Shown here one piece after another: positions 26,601 through 42,707 of a DNA stretch of 64,000 nucleotides; within the stretch, counting starts at the first letter, position 1, and every line of letters begins with the position of its first letter. Source of the DNA: Octopus vulgaris (Eukaryota); the NCBI GenBank assembly GCA_951406725.2, contig OX597818.1:11470001-11534000 (forward strand), given 5' to 3'. Position numbers and translations under genes: made by a program. A model generated the notes under the pieces. It worked only from the letters and a program-made list of their open reading frames with translations, made no database searches and was not told the origin of the DNA.

Positions 26601-27699
26601 GTTTATTCATTCCTACAGAAGCAATTAAATTTGATTCCTATCACGAACTTACAGTTTCCATCTACCAAATTCTACTCGTTACTCAAGTTGTGGTTATAGA
26701 AACAACAGTTGCCCAAGGAACCCTGCAAATGGAAATGAACTTAGAACTACTGAGTAAAATGACCTTTTTAACTACAAGAAAATGCCTGAAGCTACATAAT
26801 TTTATGTGTGTGTTTGTGTTTATAAGGGTTTGTGTATATCTATTTATAACAGACAAAAGAAATTCATTAATGACTTAGATACATGGAAGTTTCTTTTTTC
26901 AATTTGCCAAAGATTACTTCAGTAACTTTCAGTCATCAATTTTTGCATTTGTTATCAGTTGATACATACACACACAAATAAATATATATATTTACTCACA
27001 TAAGTATGTATTATATATGTATATGCACATATACACACACATAGTCAACTATTATAAATGCTTTATGCTGAGATACATTATAAAATAGTATTCAGTGTTA
27101 TCATCTGTGGAAATTTACTTTCTGAAATAAACATGCTGATATTTATATATATGTGTGTGTGTGTGTGTTGGTTTGCATATAAACATGTGTGTATGTACAT
27201 ATACATATATATATATGTATATATTTGTATATAAATGTGTGTGTGTGTATGTATATATATATATATATATATATTAAAAAAAAATTTGTATGTGTGTGTT
27301 TGTGATTGTGTTTTATCTAAACTAGATTTTTTCCTCATTCCTGAAGGCTTCATATAGTTGACATTAGTTAAGTGTGCCCATCAGTAAGTCTGAGTCTGAA
27401 ATAAAGTAGAGAGCTTGTTTATACATATAAAGTTGTTGAACACCTAGTGAAGTAGTGGTTCAAGTGATAGGTTAAGTGTTTGTTAGTATTGTCAATGATG
27501 CTTCTTCATATTGACTGATATTAGCAGATTGTCTTTAAAGCCAGTCAGATGTGTTGTCTATGATGGTTTCTCTTTTGGAAGGTATCAGCAGCATCAACAT
27601 GTGCTTCTGCCTTAGGGTTAAACACCTGGTTGTTCATGTTGTGTGCTTTGATATGTGACTGGTCATATGCTATTGACATGTCATTGGCAAAGTAAATTC

Positions 27700-28830
27700 T
27701 TTACATCAGTTAAATGAATTTGAGTTTGCTTCTTAATTAAGTAGCTGAAATTTTGGTATATGCCAGCAAGTGGAAATGAGTTCAGATCTTTTGTGTATGA
27801 TTGAGGTGGTTCTCTCTGATACTGAGGTTGCAGACTTTGGGTCAGATTCTGTTTGCTGAATCTGATCAGATTCTGTATACTGATGCTCTATTTATGATTG
27901 CCCAGATGATCTGTATTCTCATTCCTGCATTCTTTGCTTTCCAAATGTGTTTAGATAATGCAGTGAACATTTCCAGGTATGGAAGTAGAATGTCATGCAT
28001 TGTTGGTGCTGGCAACTTTTGAATGTATTTTCAGTTAACCCTATATAGCAAGTCAAAGTATTGTTGGAGATTACAGTGGCACAGTACAATATTTCTTTTA
28101 GACATTTGCTTTTCATGTGTCAGATCTCAATATTTTGCAGCACTTACATGTTTGATCTTCTCTTCATTGGTGTTGACATAGGATATCTGCAATGAGGCAC
28201 ATTATGATGCTAAGCATATTCCTCATACATCTAAAGCTCACCTTTACATTACTCTTGTAGAATAGATGGTCGACTGTTTAGGAAGTGTTTACTGATAAAT
28301 AAGAAGGTTTCTGTAACACTTGTTTTACATTGTTGTCATATGATGGATATATAATGTACCTCTAGCTTGTGTGGTTGGGATAGTTGTTGTTTGTCTCCAG
28401 TGAGTGTTTAACCTTCTTTACTGACAGCTTTGCAGCACTTCATTTCAGTTTCCGCAGCTTTGTTGAATGGGATTTCATTTGAGGATAAAGACCATATTTC
28501 TTTGCTGATGCTGTTGGATATTTGTCTGATGATGCTAAGGTAGTGGCTTTGATTTTGCATGGATGGATATACAGGGGAGGTGTTTGGTTTCTTTAACAGT
28601 TCATATAATCCTGTAGCTAAATCAAATGTGACATCCAAGAAGTTTACTTTTGTCAGCTTTAGCTTCAGCTTTCCCCTACAGGCTGAATGCAATGAATGTC
28701 AATATTATTCATTTTGCAAGTGAATCAGCTGTATATGTCCACTTGTACCATTTGCAATGATGATTCTCTTGTCTCTGAATACACCTGCATTATTCTATTA
28801 AAGAATGTCTCTATGTTTTGGAGTAGGTAC
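27700..28830 (-). mobile_element. Penelope-like element relic (RT thumb plus GIY-YIG)
   Basis: KVNFLDVTFDLATGLY..KKPN..PVY...IIRQI..SIS..IWSLSSNE..FNKAA, followed by ILYCATV...CYIGLTENTFK; frameshifted. Boundaries approximate. Confidence 0.8.
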
Positions 28831-29038
28831 ATAAAAACATGCATGTGTGTGTAAAAAACCCATCACACACACTCATATCTATATGTGTGTGTGTGTGTCT
28901 GTATATATATATAGGTGGTAAATACACATGGGGAAAAAAAGCTTAATTTATTCCAAACATAGTAAGTTTTTGTCGGCCACAAAATTTGAGTCACTTCAAA
29001 AATCCCATTAACATACTGTATGCAAATCCCCATCTCTC

Positions 29039-29093
<55 letters not shown>

Positions 29094-30553
29094 GTGTACA
29101 TACATACACACATACTCCCACATTTATAAATACACATATGTACATTATATATATATGTGTATATATTAAGTGGTGTGTTCTTGTGTTTTTATGTTATAAA
29201 TTGTCAGTGATATTACATATGGGGAAGAAAGATGCACATACGAAAAAGTCTCATCTTTAGCCAGGTTATTTTCCCTTATTTCCTGCCATTCACTAACTGG
29301 GTTAGGAAATAGGGGTTTTAGTCAAGATATATAAACAGATGAAGGGAGAGAAAGAAATCAGATAAGTAAGAGGAGAGAAGTTTTAAGGGGAATTTATGCT
29401 TTTGTGGAAAAGTAATTTTTTTTATTAAGAACAAAAAAAAAGTCAAGAAATGTTCCCTCTGAGTAATTCTTGAGAATTTTATTTTTTGACATTGCTCTTC
29501 TGTTTTGTTTTTGTTATTTTGTTGTTGTTAATTTTTTTTACATTTATCTACAAGAATCTTCCAGGATAAAAGTGAGAAAATAAAACAAAAAATATTTTTA
29601 AAGAATTTCATAAACCTCCTGCCCCACGTCTCATCTATCTGATTTACCAATCTCTCCACCACCTCACCCTCCTTCGTATACAAAAAGAAAAACTGACTGA
29701 ATACCGTCATTTTCCTGCTCTGGCATTTTTGTTTTTATTATTATTATCATTATTAAATATTTTTTCCCCTATCTAAAACTGAATTAGTTGAAATATTAAG
29801 ATAAGGAAAGGATAACAAAATGTGAATTGAAATAAAGGAAAATGTAACATAAAAAAACAACTTTGGAATAATACATAACCAAATATAAGATACAATAATG
29901 AAAAATTATATAAATATAAATAATATCTTGAGACAGGAAGCTGAATGAACCAATTCTATGGCTGACAATACACGTCAGATGTTATATCAATCAAAGTGTT
30001 TGTCAAAATACATATCTAGCAGAAATCTTTTTTTTTTACCATTTCCATTGATTGTGGCGCTGGAGCAACAACAAATCCTTCTCCCAAACCATCCCACCAA
30101 CCCACAAACTCAAAAAACAATACCAGTAAAAGCAACAACTATAAAACAATACTTACATGCTCCAGGTATGGATTTTTTTATTACAATTTTGGCATCTCTC
30201 CCATCCTCCACCCCAACCATCCACTGATATATTTTAAACTTGAATCTTTAAAAAAAATGAAGAAAAATACAAAAGAAGTAAATAAGAAAAAAAAAGAAAA
30301 ATTGAAAAAAGTTATTTTTGTTTGTTTATTTGTTGTGTTTGCTTGCCTTTTTTCCATTTTTTTCATGATTTTTTTTCTTATTTTCTAATGATTGTTTTAT
30401 TTCTTAATTTATTGATTTCTTTGTAACTTAAGCAATAGGGAAATTTTAAAAAGGGCCATTTATATGCATTGGGGTTCAAACTGAAAGTGAATGACAGTTG
30501 TTTTAAGAAACTATTTCTAAAGATAGAGCCTCAACAAAATATTTGTTTACCCC

Positions 30554-30595
<42 letters not shown>

Positions 30596-32089
30596 TAATA
30601 ATAATAAATTACTGAAAACATAAGGACAGTAATAATTAAAACAATAATTATAAATATAATTATTTTATAGCGAAATTTTAAAAAAATTATATTTAAAAAT
30701 AAATTTTAAAAAGTTTTTAGAAAAGTAAGAAAAAATAAAATATTGAGAGGAAACTCACACATGTGTAGAAAAATTCAGCTCAAGGTTATTTTTATCAAGT
30801 GAATCAGTTATGATGTAAAGGTTTCTATACACACAGAGTTACTAGAAAATTCTCTTCTGTTTTCAGCAAAGTAAATATTTTATTGAAAAAAAAAAATATT
30901 AAACATTAAGTAAAAAAAAAATCTGATAATTACCAACAAATGAAAATAAGAAGAAATCAAAATATATATGGATTTTCTATTGATTAACATCAATGGTGTT
31001 GATGATGGTGATCTATTTGAATAAAACTACAAGGTTAATTTTGTAGAAACTATTATGATTGATTAAACCAGACTCTATATTGCCAGCAATAATTTAATCA
31101 GCTTTAGCTGTATCATCGAACACTGAACAGACCCAACTAGAATTAGCTCTGTTATCTATACCATCTGCCTCAAATCCAGTTCTAATAGTTAAAGGAACTC
31201 TTGATATCTTTATAACATGACAACTGGATTACTGAACTGTACAGTATATTTAAAGCCGTTCTATTTAATGCTTATATATATAGATGTTTTTATGTGTATA
31301 TATATTGTGTTTGTATGTGTGTATGTATATATATATATATATTTATGTACATGTGTGTATATATGTATATATGTTTTTATATATATACACACACACACAT
31401 ATATATATGCCTGTGTATGCATATATGTCTGTGCATATATATGTGTGTGCGTGTGTATATATATATATATATATGTATACATATATATATTGTGTTTGGT
31501 ATTATAGTTGTGTTACAATAATTCAGTTATTCAGATTTCAAATGCAAATTTCATGCCCAGTATTATACTTGATTAAAACAGCTGGCTGTTTGAAACGCTA
31601 TAAAGTTGGACAGAAATTTGTATGATATTCTTTCTCATTCCTCTTTTTTATATACTTCAAACTCTCATAAGGCTTTGTCCTTCAAACTGTTTAAATTTGA
31701 GAGATAGACATAAGTCCCAGGTACTCCCTGATGTAGGTTCAAAAATGTTAGTCTTGTCTCAATGTGAGAAAAGTTTATTATTATTATTATCATTAAGCCC
31801 GGGGGAGGTTGCGCTGTTAGTAGAGAAAGCATTTGTCCATATTGAATGTTTGACTGTATTCAGTTTCACTTTAAATCCCACACACCCTTTCCTACAAGAC
31901 TTGCATTCACCTCTAGTTACTTGGAGATTGCTGAGAAAGAAAATTACGAGTCATGGCTGGAGTGGAGTCAATTGACTCTTTCCACCAAAACCCACCCATA
32001 AAAATCTGTGGCATAACGAAACAATACAAATCTCTGTTTATGGGATGATCTATTACAGAAAGGGTGGTGAAAAAGCATTGCAGTGTTTT

Positions 32090-32900
32090 GTTAAATCTCT
32101 ATATTTTTTAGTTCAAATTCCACTCAAGTGAACATACCCTTTCATCCTTCTTGAGGGAGTCTATGAAATAAGTATCAGTGAAACACTGTAGCTGATGTAT
32201 ATAACAGTTCTCTGCTTCCAGATTTGTACCATAATATTTATGTTGCAAACAATTATTATTATTATTATTATTATTATTAAGGTGGTGAGCTGACAGAATC
32301 ATTACCGCACCACACATAATGCTTAGCAGTATTTCTCCTGGCTTTACATTCTGAGTTCAAATTCCATCAGGGTCTACTTCACCTTCCTTTTGGTGTCAAT
32401 AAAATATGTATCAGTCGAGTACTGGGGTTGATGTAAAAAACTTGCTCCTTCCCCAAAATTGCTGGCCTGGTGCAAAATACTTTGTGATATTTGTTTCCAA
32501 CTTTTTACATTCTAAGTTCAAATCCTGATGTGGTCAACATTCTTTTTCATCCCTCCAGGGTCAGTAATATAAAATATCAGTCAAGTATTGGCAATGATAT
32601 GATATATTTAATAGTATTGGCATCAATATAATAGACTGTTCCCCTCCTCCCAAATCGCTGATATTATACCTATATTAGTGACAAACATTATTATTATTAT
32701 TATTATTATTATTAAGGACAGAGGAAGTGCACAAATATTACTGCAATAAAGTAAATGAATACATTTGGTTTAGACTTTAAGTTCTGTTGGCAAATCCAGT
32801 CAGAACCAATAAAATATGTTGGCTACTGAGATTGATTCAATCAACAGAAATCTGTTCCCTGCAAAGGTTGGCCTGTTGCCAAAATAAACCCCCTTGCTTA
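32090..32900. mobile_element. Meta-domain SINE cluster (one minus copy head-to-head with several plus copies) around (TTA)n
   Basis: Family motifs on both strands separated by ATT runs. Confidence 0.7.
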
Positions 32901-33263
32901 TTATATAGTTGATGGTTGATCAATTATTATAATTAGTTGTTTAATCATTAAGAATTAACAAGCAAAAGCAATTTGCTCTCACTTCTTCTACTATAACCAA
33001 ATTACTCTTTATTAATTTGTTAATTTATTCATAAGCAATGATTATTCATATGTATGTAATGAATGAACATGGGATTACAAGACATACAGAATAACTGGCA
33101 AAAATATCAGAAAACTGATTGTTAAAATTTCATTGTTGATGCTCACTTTGTTTTTTCTTTGTTTTACTTTCTTTGGTTCTTTTATACATACATTCTATGT
33201 GTATGTATTTATATCTATCGGTATATATATATATACACACACACATATACATACATACATACA

Positions 33264-33314
<51 letters not shown>

Positions 33315-33866
33315 TTTTGTGTTATACTAAGAATCTGTGCATGGTACCAGAATTATCAGCTCAAGTCAAATATACCACTCCGAATTATTGTCAGAGTATC
33401 CACATAAGTAGCTAGTTAGTACTGGCATCAAGTCATATAAGTTGTAATAATGAAGTCAAACTAAAATATCTTTGAACATTTTGTATGTTTTAGCTGAGGA
33501 AGTTTTTATGTAATAGGTGCAATTCATATTATATATTATGCAGACATGAAACATATGTATTAAATGATTTCAAAATATCACTATTTGGTTTAACTGCAAT
33601 ATTGCATACAGTTTACTTTTCTGTTAAGGTAAGATCAACAAAAAAGCACTACATCCAGTGAGAGATAAATGTTATTTAATGTACACAGTATAAAGGTACC
33701 AGCTATTAATAGCTTCATGCATTCGAGATGTAGTCTAGTCAAATTTTAATAACTTGTCAAATAACGCAAGGTGTGTTATTAAAACTTGCCCAGACTACAT
33801 TTCCAATGCATGAAACTTTTAGTAATTTGTAACTGTATGCAGTGTACATTGAATAATATCTACATT

Positions 33867-33904
<38 letters not shown>

Positions 33905-33975
33905 TGCAAGAGTGACCATTGCTTAATGAATAAAGTTTGGTGGACAGAAACTGTACAACAGCCAACGTGTGTGTG

Positions 33976-34023
<48 letters not shown>

Positions 34024-37000
34024 TGTGTGTGTGTGTATGATTGCCTCTGCATTGACACTGCTTGGGCAGCTCTGATGTTTTTGTTTCATATAAGCATTAA
34101 ACCTTGCAGCTCAATGGTTTGATGTGCAGATAACAGTGGTATTAGCACTTTACATGGAAACAAGTAAGGCCGGCACCAGGAAAGGCAACTAGCTGTAGAC
34201 CACTGCTTTAAGAAGTCTTGTCCAACCCATGCCAGCATGGAAAAAGTGACCATCAAAATGAAACGATGAGGCTATATGCTTTATAATTCACCTACTTCAT
34301 TAGTCAGTGTATTAAACATTTTTAGTTTCTAACACAAATTTCAATTTTACATTACTAATTGGAGTTTTGTGAGATTTTTCTAGGGTGAAGTAAATTTATG
34401 TAGTCTCTTTCTTTTTACTTTTTGGAAACCTGGAAAAATTCTATATAATGTCCTTTCTGTACTTTTTTTTTTAGTTGTATGTTGTTGGCATTTGAGAAAT
34501 GTATCGGTGGTCATTACTTTCTAGTTCCTTCAACAGACAAAATTTGACCAACAGCTAGAAACTATCATCACCACCACCATCATCATCATCATCATCATCA
34601 TCATCACCACATTGATTAAGTATTATATTATTTAAACACTCTAATAACTTCAAATTAACTTCTCAAGTTACCATTCCTGCTAACTGACTTATTTGTTACC
34701 AATTCCAGAGAAAACAATGTCGTAATGCTGACAGTGGTATGTTGTCAATAAGCCAGGATTAATCCATTCCCTCCATATATCAGTAGTCAACTACTTAATA
34801 TAAATCCCCCTTAATCTTAGCTACAGCAACAACAGCAATTAATGGTAAAAATGATGTAGTAAACCTGTATTTTAGGTTTACAAGTCAGTACAATATTTGA
34901 TTTGCTATAAATTCTTCTCTCTTCAATTATGGAAAAGTAAGTTTGTTAAATTAAGAAATAAAAAAAAATAATTGTGATAATGGTTAAGGATTTAATTACA
35001 GTTTGTTTCATTTTTGTTTTGTTTTTTAATTCTCATAATTTTTTTTTTTAATTATAATTTTTTTTTTAATTTGGTTTTATTCTTTGGTAGAGAAAAATAA
35101 TGTTTTGTTGACTGTACAATTTGTACATTTTAGTAAGTTTCAGAATTTTTGTCATGAAATTCTGTTTGCAAACCATATATATATATAAAAAGAAAAAAAT
35201 GAAGAAAAAAAGAAATATTTTTTTAATCCTTTTCTTTTAAGCTTGTGGATTATTTGAAGTTTTCAAATTAATAGGGGGAAAAAAAAACCAAAGAAAAGAT
35301 ATTTACTTTAGTCATTCAGTCCAGTTCATACTATGTATGAAAACATTTATATCACAGTGAGTGCTTTCTCAGCTGAGAGCAACTTGTCCAACCAGAAACT
35401 CAAAATCAAACCAAAGCAAAAAGGAAATCAATGGAAACCTTTTTTTTTTTTTCTTTTTTTCCAAATAATATCTCTGAAAACTTAAGATTTCTCCATTTAA
35501 ACCATTTTTTGGATTTAGAAAAAGAAAAAAGGAAATTGAAATGATTGAGAAGTAATATGGAAAACAGGACACTGAAAGAAATGTTTTATTTCAACGAATC
35601 TCTTGAAATTGTGCTTACAGTTCTTTTCAAAAAGGTTACAATGGAATTAATTCAATGAAATTGCTCCATCTTTAACCACGACATAAAATTGTTTCAAATT
35701 TTGAGCTATTATTTGTTTTATGAATGTTATATTGAAGATGATCTGTGTTTAATAAAAAAAAAAATATTTGAATCAATAACTGACAGGAATGAGATGACAT
35801 TGGTGAAATTCAAACATGTTTCATCAAAAATTTCTCTTTTTCTTGTCTTCCCCATTTTAAACAAGAAATATTTTTAAAAAAACATACAAAAAGTGGACAA
35901 ATTAATAAAAATAAACAATTAAAAACATAAGATAGAGATCAGTCTGATTTCAAATATCCATATAGGAAGTTAAATGTTTTAGCGTTTGCTTTCTAGGTTT
36001 CTTTTATTCTTCTGTTTATTATTGACTATCAGATTAATATGAATTTCTCTATCTATTTATATTCATTGATTACACTACCAACCATTCCCTAAAAATATAT
36101 AAACAGCAATTGCTCACACATGTACACACATACACTCATACTGTCTCTCTCTTTTTCGCTCTCTTGGTGTGTGTGTGTGTGTGTGTGTGCACACGCACAT
36201 ATATATATATATATATGATGTCTGCAATTCAATTTCAAGCAGTGTGACTTCTTGACCTTTCTCTTAAACATGAGCAGCATGAATGTGGCAGTAGGTGCTC
36301 AGAGAGCTTACCGCTCATGTTGACACCTTTATTCCATCATGGAATTTTTCAGTGAGTGTTTTGACTTTTACCGTTATGACCAGCCACAGTATGTAACAAA
36401 TAATACAGATCTTTAAATATCAAGTGAAGCTCATGCTTGAACCCTTTTGAAATGAAGAAAGGTTTTGCATAGAGCTGGTCCAACTCTCAAAACATATATT
36501 TACCCAAAAAGAATTAGTCTACATCATTGGATGCAAATGAAGTTGCAAGTGTTACATCACTGTTTCCCTTCTACTAGAGAAATGTCTCCATGAAGACTAA
36601 GGGTCTCTCAAATTCAGCTGTTGGATGGCCATTGGTGCTACTGAGTTCACCTACCCTTTGACTCATTGTCTTGCAGGGTGTCCAACGAAAACCACCCTCC
36701 TTACCAAGCAGGCTTGATAGGGTAGCAGGTTTAGTCACTGCTGGCTGAACCAAGCAACAGGTTGTATTGGGTTACATATTACCACATCACTAAGAAAGAG
36801 GTCTAGCATCCATATATAAATACATACATATATATACACACATACACACACACACACAATGAATTAGGCTTAGATTTAGTTTTTTACAGTTGATCGTTCT
36901 GTTTGATGTTGATTGTGAATTAGCCAACAGTGAAGTCAGTTTATTTTTAGCTTTTTTTGTGTAACCTTTATTATAAATACTGACAAAAGTAATTAATAAT

Positions 37001-40000
37001 CCACAGACTTTACACAATAAAATGAAATGTTAAAATTAAACCAGAAACAACAAACCAAATGCAACAAAGCAGACTAAACAAAACTAACTGGTGTAGCACA
37101 ATTAATCATCTTCAAAAGACAATGTTGTACATACCTCAGAAACCCAGAAGTGCACCTGGAGGTACAGTAGAAACGCACATGTAATTGTTGAAAATATGAC
37201 AACAACAATAACTTTTATTTTGTTTTTTATCCATAGATTGTAGAGTACATGAAGATGATGATTCTTCAATGGAAACCTTTTTAATTCATTGTATAGTTTA
37301 CAAGGATTTTTGTTTCTGCATACTGTTAAAAATATCAGAACTACATATATGGTAGATATAATATAGACATAAACATTTTCAGGAAAAAAAAAAGATGAAA
37401 GAATTAATATTTAGGACATAATTCTGGTTTTGTGTAGAATATTTCTCACAGTTAGAGTATAGATATGACTGATTAATTTGTTCTTAAAACCATTAGAGAA
37501 ACATATGAGGATTTTCATCAAAGATATGAAATTGTGTAGCTAATTCATCTTGCTGAGAGTGGTTAAAGTAAAAGTTGATTTGTCTATTTTTCAGGTGGCT
37601 TTAGAGTCACATCAGTATCAATTCCTGTTGGTGTCAGTTCCTCTCAAACAAACATTAATATCAAAAACTAAAACTGATCAGTTCACATCCCAAATTTCTT
37701 AAGGAAAATAATTTCAATTTTCATTAAGATAAAATAAAATAAAAAGAAAACAGTGTTGATGACAGAATTGATAGCGTATCAGACAAGATACATTGTGTAT
37801 TTAGTTATATCCCATTATATTCTGAGTTCAAACCCTGCTTAGTTTTACTGTCTCTCAAGGCTGAAAATAAAATAAAATTAAAAAAAGTACTAAGGAAGGT
37901 GTAATCAACTCTAACCTACAAGGTGGTGCCCCAGCATGACCACAATCCAATAACCTTATTTACTAATTTCCAGATCATATGCACATGTTTAGGATTGATG
38001 AATTTAGGCAGAGATTTTAAAATATGGCTTTTGAATTCATATCCAACAACCAGAAAAGATCAGAAAGGTATTTAATTGTCAAGATTATATAAGAATGCAT
38101 AAACTAAGAGAGATGGGGCTCTACAATTCATAACAAATGGTGCACTGAAATGTTTATTGTAACTATGCATACAGACATTCTAATGACTTGTACATCATCA
38201 GCAAGATGTCTTGGTTTTAGCCTGAAGAAAAATAGAGTTTAAACTATAGCTGTGCAATCTAAAGGATGTACAGATGCAGCTTAAAATGATATAATTACCT
38301 TGGTGTTTATGGCAGAATCATTAAGACCTCTGACAAAATACCTGAAGTATCTTCTATGTTCTGAGGTCAACTTTGCCTTCCAGGCTTCTGGGTTCTATAA
38401 ATTAAAGCACCAGTTAAGTACTGAGGTTAATATAATATTCCTATAAAGCATCCTAGATGTGAATGGAATTATATTCGAAGAAACAGTCAGGAGAAAAATA
38501 TTCTGAGCTGATCTTGTCACTTGATGTTTTGACTAATGAATAAAAGGTTTTGGAGATAGTAACAGACTAGCTCATGAAACTGAATTCTATGCAGTAACTA
38601 GTTCATCCCTCTCAGTTCTGAGTTCAGATTCTCCTAATAACTACCAATGTTGACTTCACCTTTAGTCTATCTTGAATTGATGAAATAGATAACAATATAC
38701 AAAGTTCATCATTTGACTAAACTTATCCAATACCTGACTTAATTTTGTGCTTGTACTTCCTACAAGTAAAAGAAACAAATATGTTATCACATTATTTTGT
38801 GGATGTGAACACATGTTTTGTTGATGTGAACACATAATACCATTTCCAAAGAGAGGAACCAAACAAAAGACCAATTACCGTAGAATGAAATTATAGATTC
38901 TCTATAAGAGGAGGCACTATGTCATCTTTTATATACTTTTGATTTTAGCAATTTTAAGAAAATACCCAAATTACTCTGCTTCTTAAGGTGTGGAACACTA
39001 AATTTGATAAGGTATAAAACTTCCAGGTCATGGATCAGGAATTCATATTCCATCATATCTCTTAGCAGTCCAGTCGCAAAAATTTTACTGTCATATCCAA
39101 ACTTTTATGAATTTAATGTTGAAGGAAACTGTTCTTCACTGTTAGCTTCAAGGATCCATGTAGCTATAACTTACTTATTAACATATTAGATTAAAATAAT
39201 ATCTGTGTACCCTAAATTACTCAAAATTCCTCTCACTCTACATCTGTCTCATCAAGTATCATGATTTAACAGTTACAAATAGTTTGTATTAGTTTCTAAC
39301 ATTTAATCAGAATTTTTATTACTCTCTCTATAATTCTATATCTACCATATTTTCCTATTTGAAGGCAGCTTTTTGAATATAATTCTTCTGTGTAATTCTA
39401 ATTGTCAGCATGATTTATGTTACTATTTTCATGTTTCTCCTCTTCTGACATACGCACATGTTATTTATGACGGAAGATTTTATTTTTATATATATCTTCA
39501 TGTAAGAAGAGGCAGAAACAAAGATACCACAACAAAACCATTCAAAAGGAATTTTTCAGTACACTCATTCTTAATTTATTATATTCGTATAACTATAGGT
39601 AATCAAGTTAACTTAGGATAACACTGTAGAACAATTAGTGATTACATTTGAAAACCCTTTCATCTGTGGATCTTTATTACCGATCCTGTTTAAGAATTAA
39701 ATATTTAATAATTTTTAAATGTATCTTCATCTATCTTGTAATATTTCTATCATCACTGATTAGTTTTATTCTAGGACTGGGAACTTGTCCACCCTAAATC
39801 ATCCTGCAATATTTAATGGTTTATAAAATCATTACTGAAAGATTTCTTTACGTTGGGTGCTCAAGAGGCAAGTCAACTCAATAAAAGCCTTCTGACAAAC
39901 TACATACTTTATGTAGTTTGTCAGAAGGTAAGCTAAGCTGGTTGAGGTTAGGTTTTTGTCTTTATCTAGTATGTTAAATTCAACCTGGTAGAGACTAGGT

Positions 40001-40597
40001 TGTATTTTTATATAATGTCATAGGGCAAATTCTTCCCTATGCTTTTGAGTACACCTAAAAATTAATGATAGGACAAATATTCAAAGTGGAATAATTCAAC
40101 AGAGAATTAAACCTAAATTGCACACACAGTCAGTCACACTAATATGGATTAAACCATGGGTTTTCTCCAATAGTTCTTTCCTTTTGTTTTGTTTAGAAAT
40201 ATTTTCTTTATACATGCATATATATTTATTTATGAGTATGTTTTAATTTTAGAGAATAAAGAGATTTTTTGGTTTGTTTGTTAATTTGGTAACATACATT
40301 GTTTAAAAATATTGCTTAGGCTATTTTTATTGCAACAGTTATTTTATAACAATCTATTGTTAAGAATAGCGGTAAAATGGTTAAAGTGCCAACAACAAAG
40401 CATCACATAGTTAAGAAGTCAGTGGAGATGTAAAATCTTAAAATAAAACACTATACCAGAATATAATGCAGTAATACATTACACACCCACATTATGAATA
40501 AATTGCTACACATACTAAATGTACAGTAATAATAATAATAATAATGATATAAACATTTTATCTTTAACTGTGAGTGTCATAGACTATGGATACCAGA

Positions 40598-40628
<31 letters not shown>

Positions 40629-40809
40629 TCGCCATACTAATATGGCATTCTTATAAAAATAAGAAAAAAGCTGTCCGCTTATTAGCTCCATGAGGCCATC
40701 GCCTTAAGTTAGCTATTTGATACACAAACTGTATCCATATAACCTTCGAACAAGGGAGGTCAGTCGCTCCACACTACTTAGAGAGACTTAGTAATTTTAA
40801 TATTTCTAT

Positions 40810-40915
40810 TATATATATATATGTGTATGTATATATATTTATGTGTATATATATGTATGTATATATATGTGTATGTATATATGTGTGTATGTATGTATAT
40901 ATATGTATATGCATG

Positions 40916-40961
<46 letters not shown>

Positions 40962-41105
40962 CATGTATGTATATATATGTACATATAAATGTATATAGAT
41001 ATGTATATATATATAAGTATAAGTATATACATGTATGTAACTACTTGCATATATGTATATACAGCTATGTGCATATATATATATATTTATATATGTATGT
41101 GTGTA

Positions 41106-41138
<33 letters not shown>

Positions 41139-41165
41139 GTATCTATGTATGTATATTAATGTATG
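40810..41165. repeat. Compound (TA)n/(TATG)n microsatellite
   Basis: Directly visible. Confidence 0.95.
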
Positions 41166-42666
41166 TTTATAATTGTATCCCAATTTCAAAATAAAACAAG
41201 AGCTACTTAAATATAGTTTCTGCTGTGGTGAACAACAAATCTAAGCATTGCTAAAAATAAATAAAAAATGCAATAAAAATTTAAACTTTTAGAGTTTGAA
41301 TTTGTCCAATAAAGCTCAATGTTGTGGTTAGGAAGTAATGTGTTGATGCTATTTGCAATCATATGAACAGTTAATTAAAATATAATGAGAATTAAACAAG
41401 AGTTAAAGTGACTAAATGGATGCAGAAGAACCAGAAACACACAAAATCAAACCTATGTGCTAAATAACCCAATGTTATTTTCTTTGTTATTGTTCCTGTT
41501 GTTGATGTGTAGATGGCACAGTGGTTGAAAGTAGATATTTTACTAACTCTAGCTCATGGGCATATGCTTCTATGCTTGAATCCCACCAAATTTCACTTTA
41601 TCTTTTTATCTTTTAGCAGAGTAGATAAAATATATACCAACGCTATACTGGGTAACAAGTGATTTAAATGATCTTACCCTTTCTTTTACCACAAGAAAAA
41701 AAAAAAACTAGGCCTGTGACTACTCATAATCATTATTCTTATTGTTGCTGTCGTTTTTGTTATACCATTCCCCTCATTACAATTGTTATTGTTCAACTTG
41801 GTGATATTATCTTTCATACACATACACAGGCCAACTGGAGTTCACATCCCACTGCTTGCTGCAAGTGTTATGTTGTGTCCATGGGCAAAACACTTAACTT
41901 TACTTGCTTTAGGTTTTATGCTTATTTTGATTAACTTCATTCTACATATATATATATTTATATATATATATAAGATGACTTTGCATATATTCATGATAAA
42001 TGCTCAATGTAGACAATGTGATCAGTTATAATTATATTTTGGATATCATATCAAGTTGGTAGAAATACATTGTTTTTTTCCAACTTCAAATGAATACTAA
42101 TTGCTCTTCTAAACTAATTTTGAATATCCACATACCATATTAAAACATTTGCCTAGTTTTATTTATCCTGTATTTATAGAAGCTGTTAGATTACATAAAT
42201 GTATTCATCTTCATGGTCATCTTAAAATAACTGAAAAGCAAAAATTATCATGTCCAAAATGCTATTGCTTTTTACTTCTTCTTCTTTTATGTTTATCATA
42301 CCACAACTTACTTTAATATACCATTGCTGGTTTTTGTCATAATGACATCAATCCATCTTAGAGTCAATGTGGAACTGAGAATTCAGGTTGGACCAAAATC
42401 TAATTTAGGGTTTATTCCCTTCCATCTATTCTTGCCAACCGGTAGTCATTTATAGTTTCTTTGGATAATTATCTGGAGATTCTTCAATGAATGATTTACC
42501 ATCGTATTGTCATCCGGTGCCATGATCTGTCACTACCCATACTTGTCACATCATTTATTCATCTTGGGATTTAGTTGCTTAGTTGATTTTAATTTTCAGA
42601 TAAATTCTATATTTTTCTCTCGTTTGTCCCAGTTTAACAACTTCACTAGGTAGTATATATATATAC

Positions 42667-42707
<41 letters not shown>

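Noticed and set aside
36230-36790. Possible RTE 5' region; similar decayed LINE-like tracts at 4200-4950, 39000-39800 and 42300-43400
   Set aside because: Too degraded to assign by eye.
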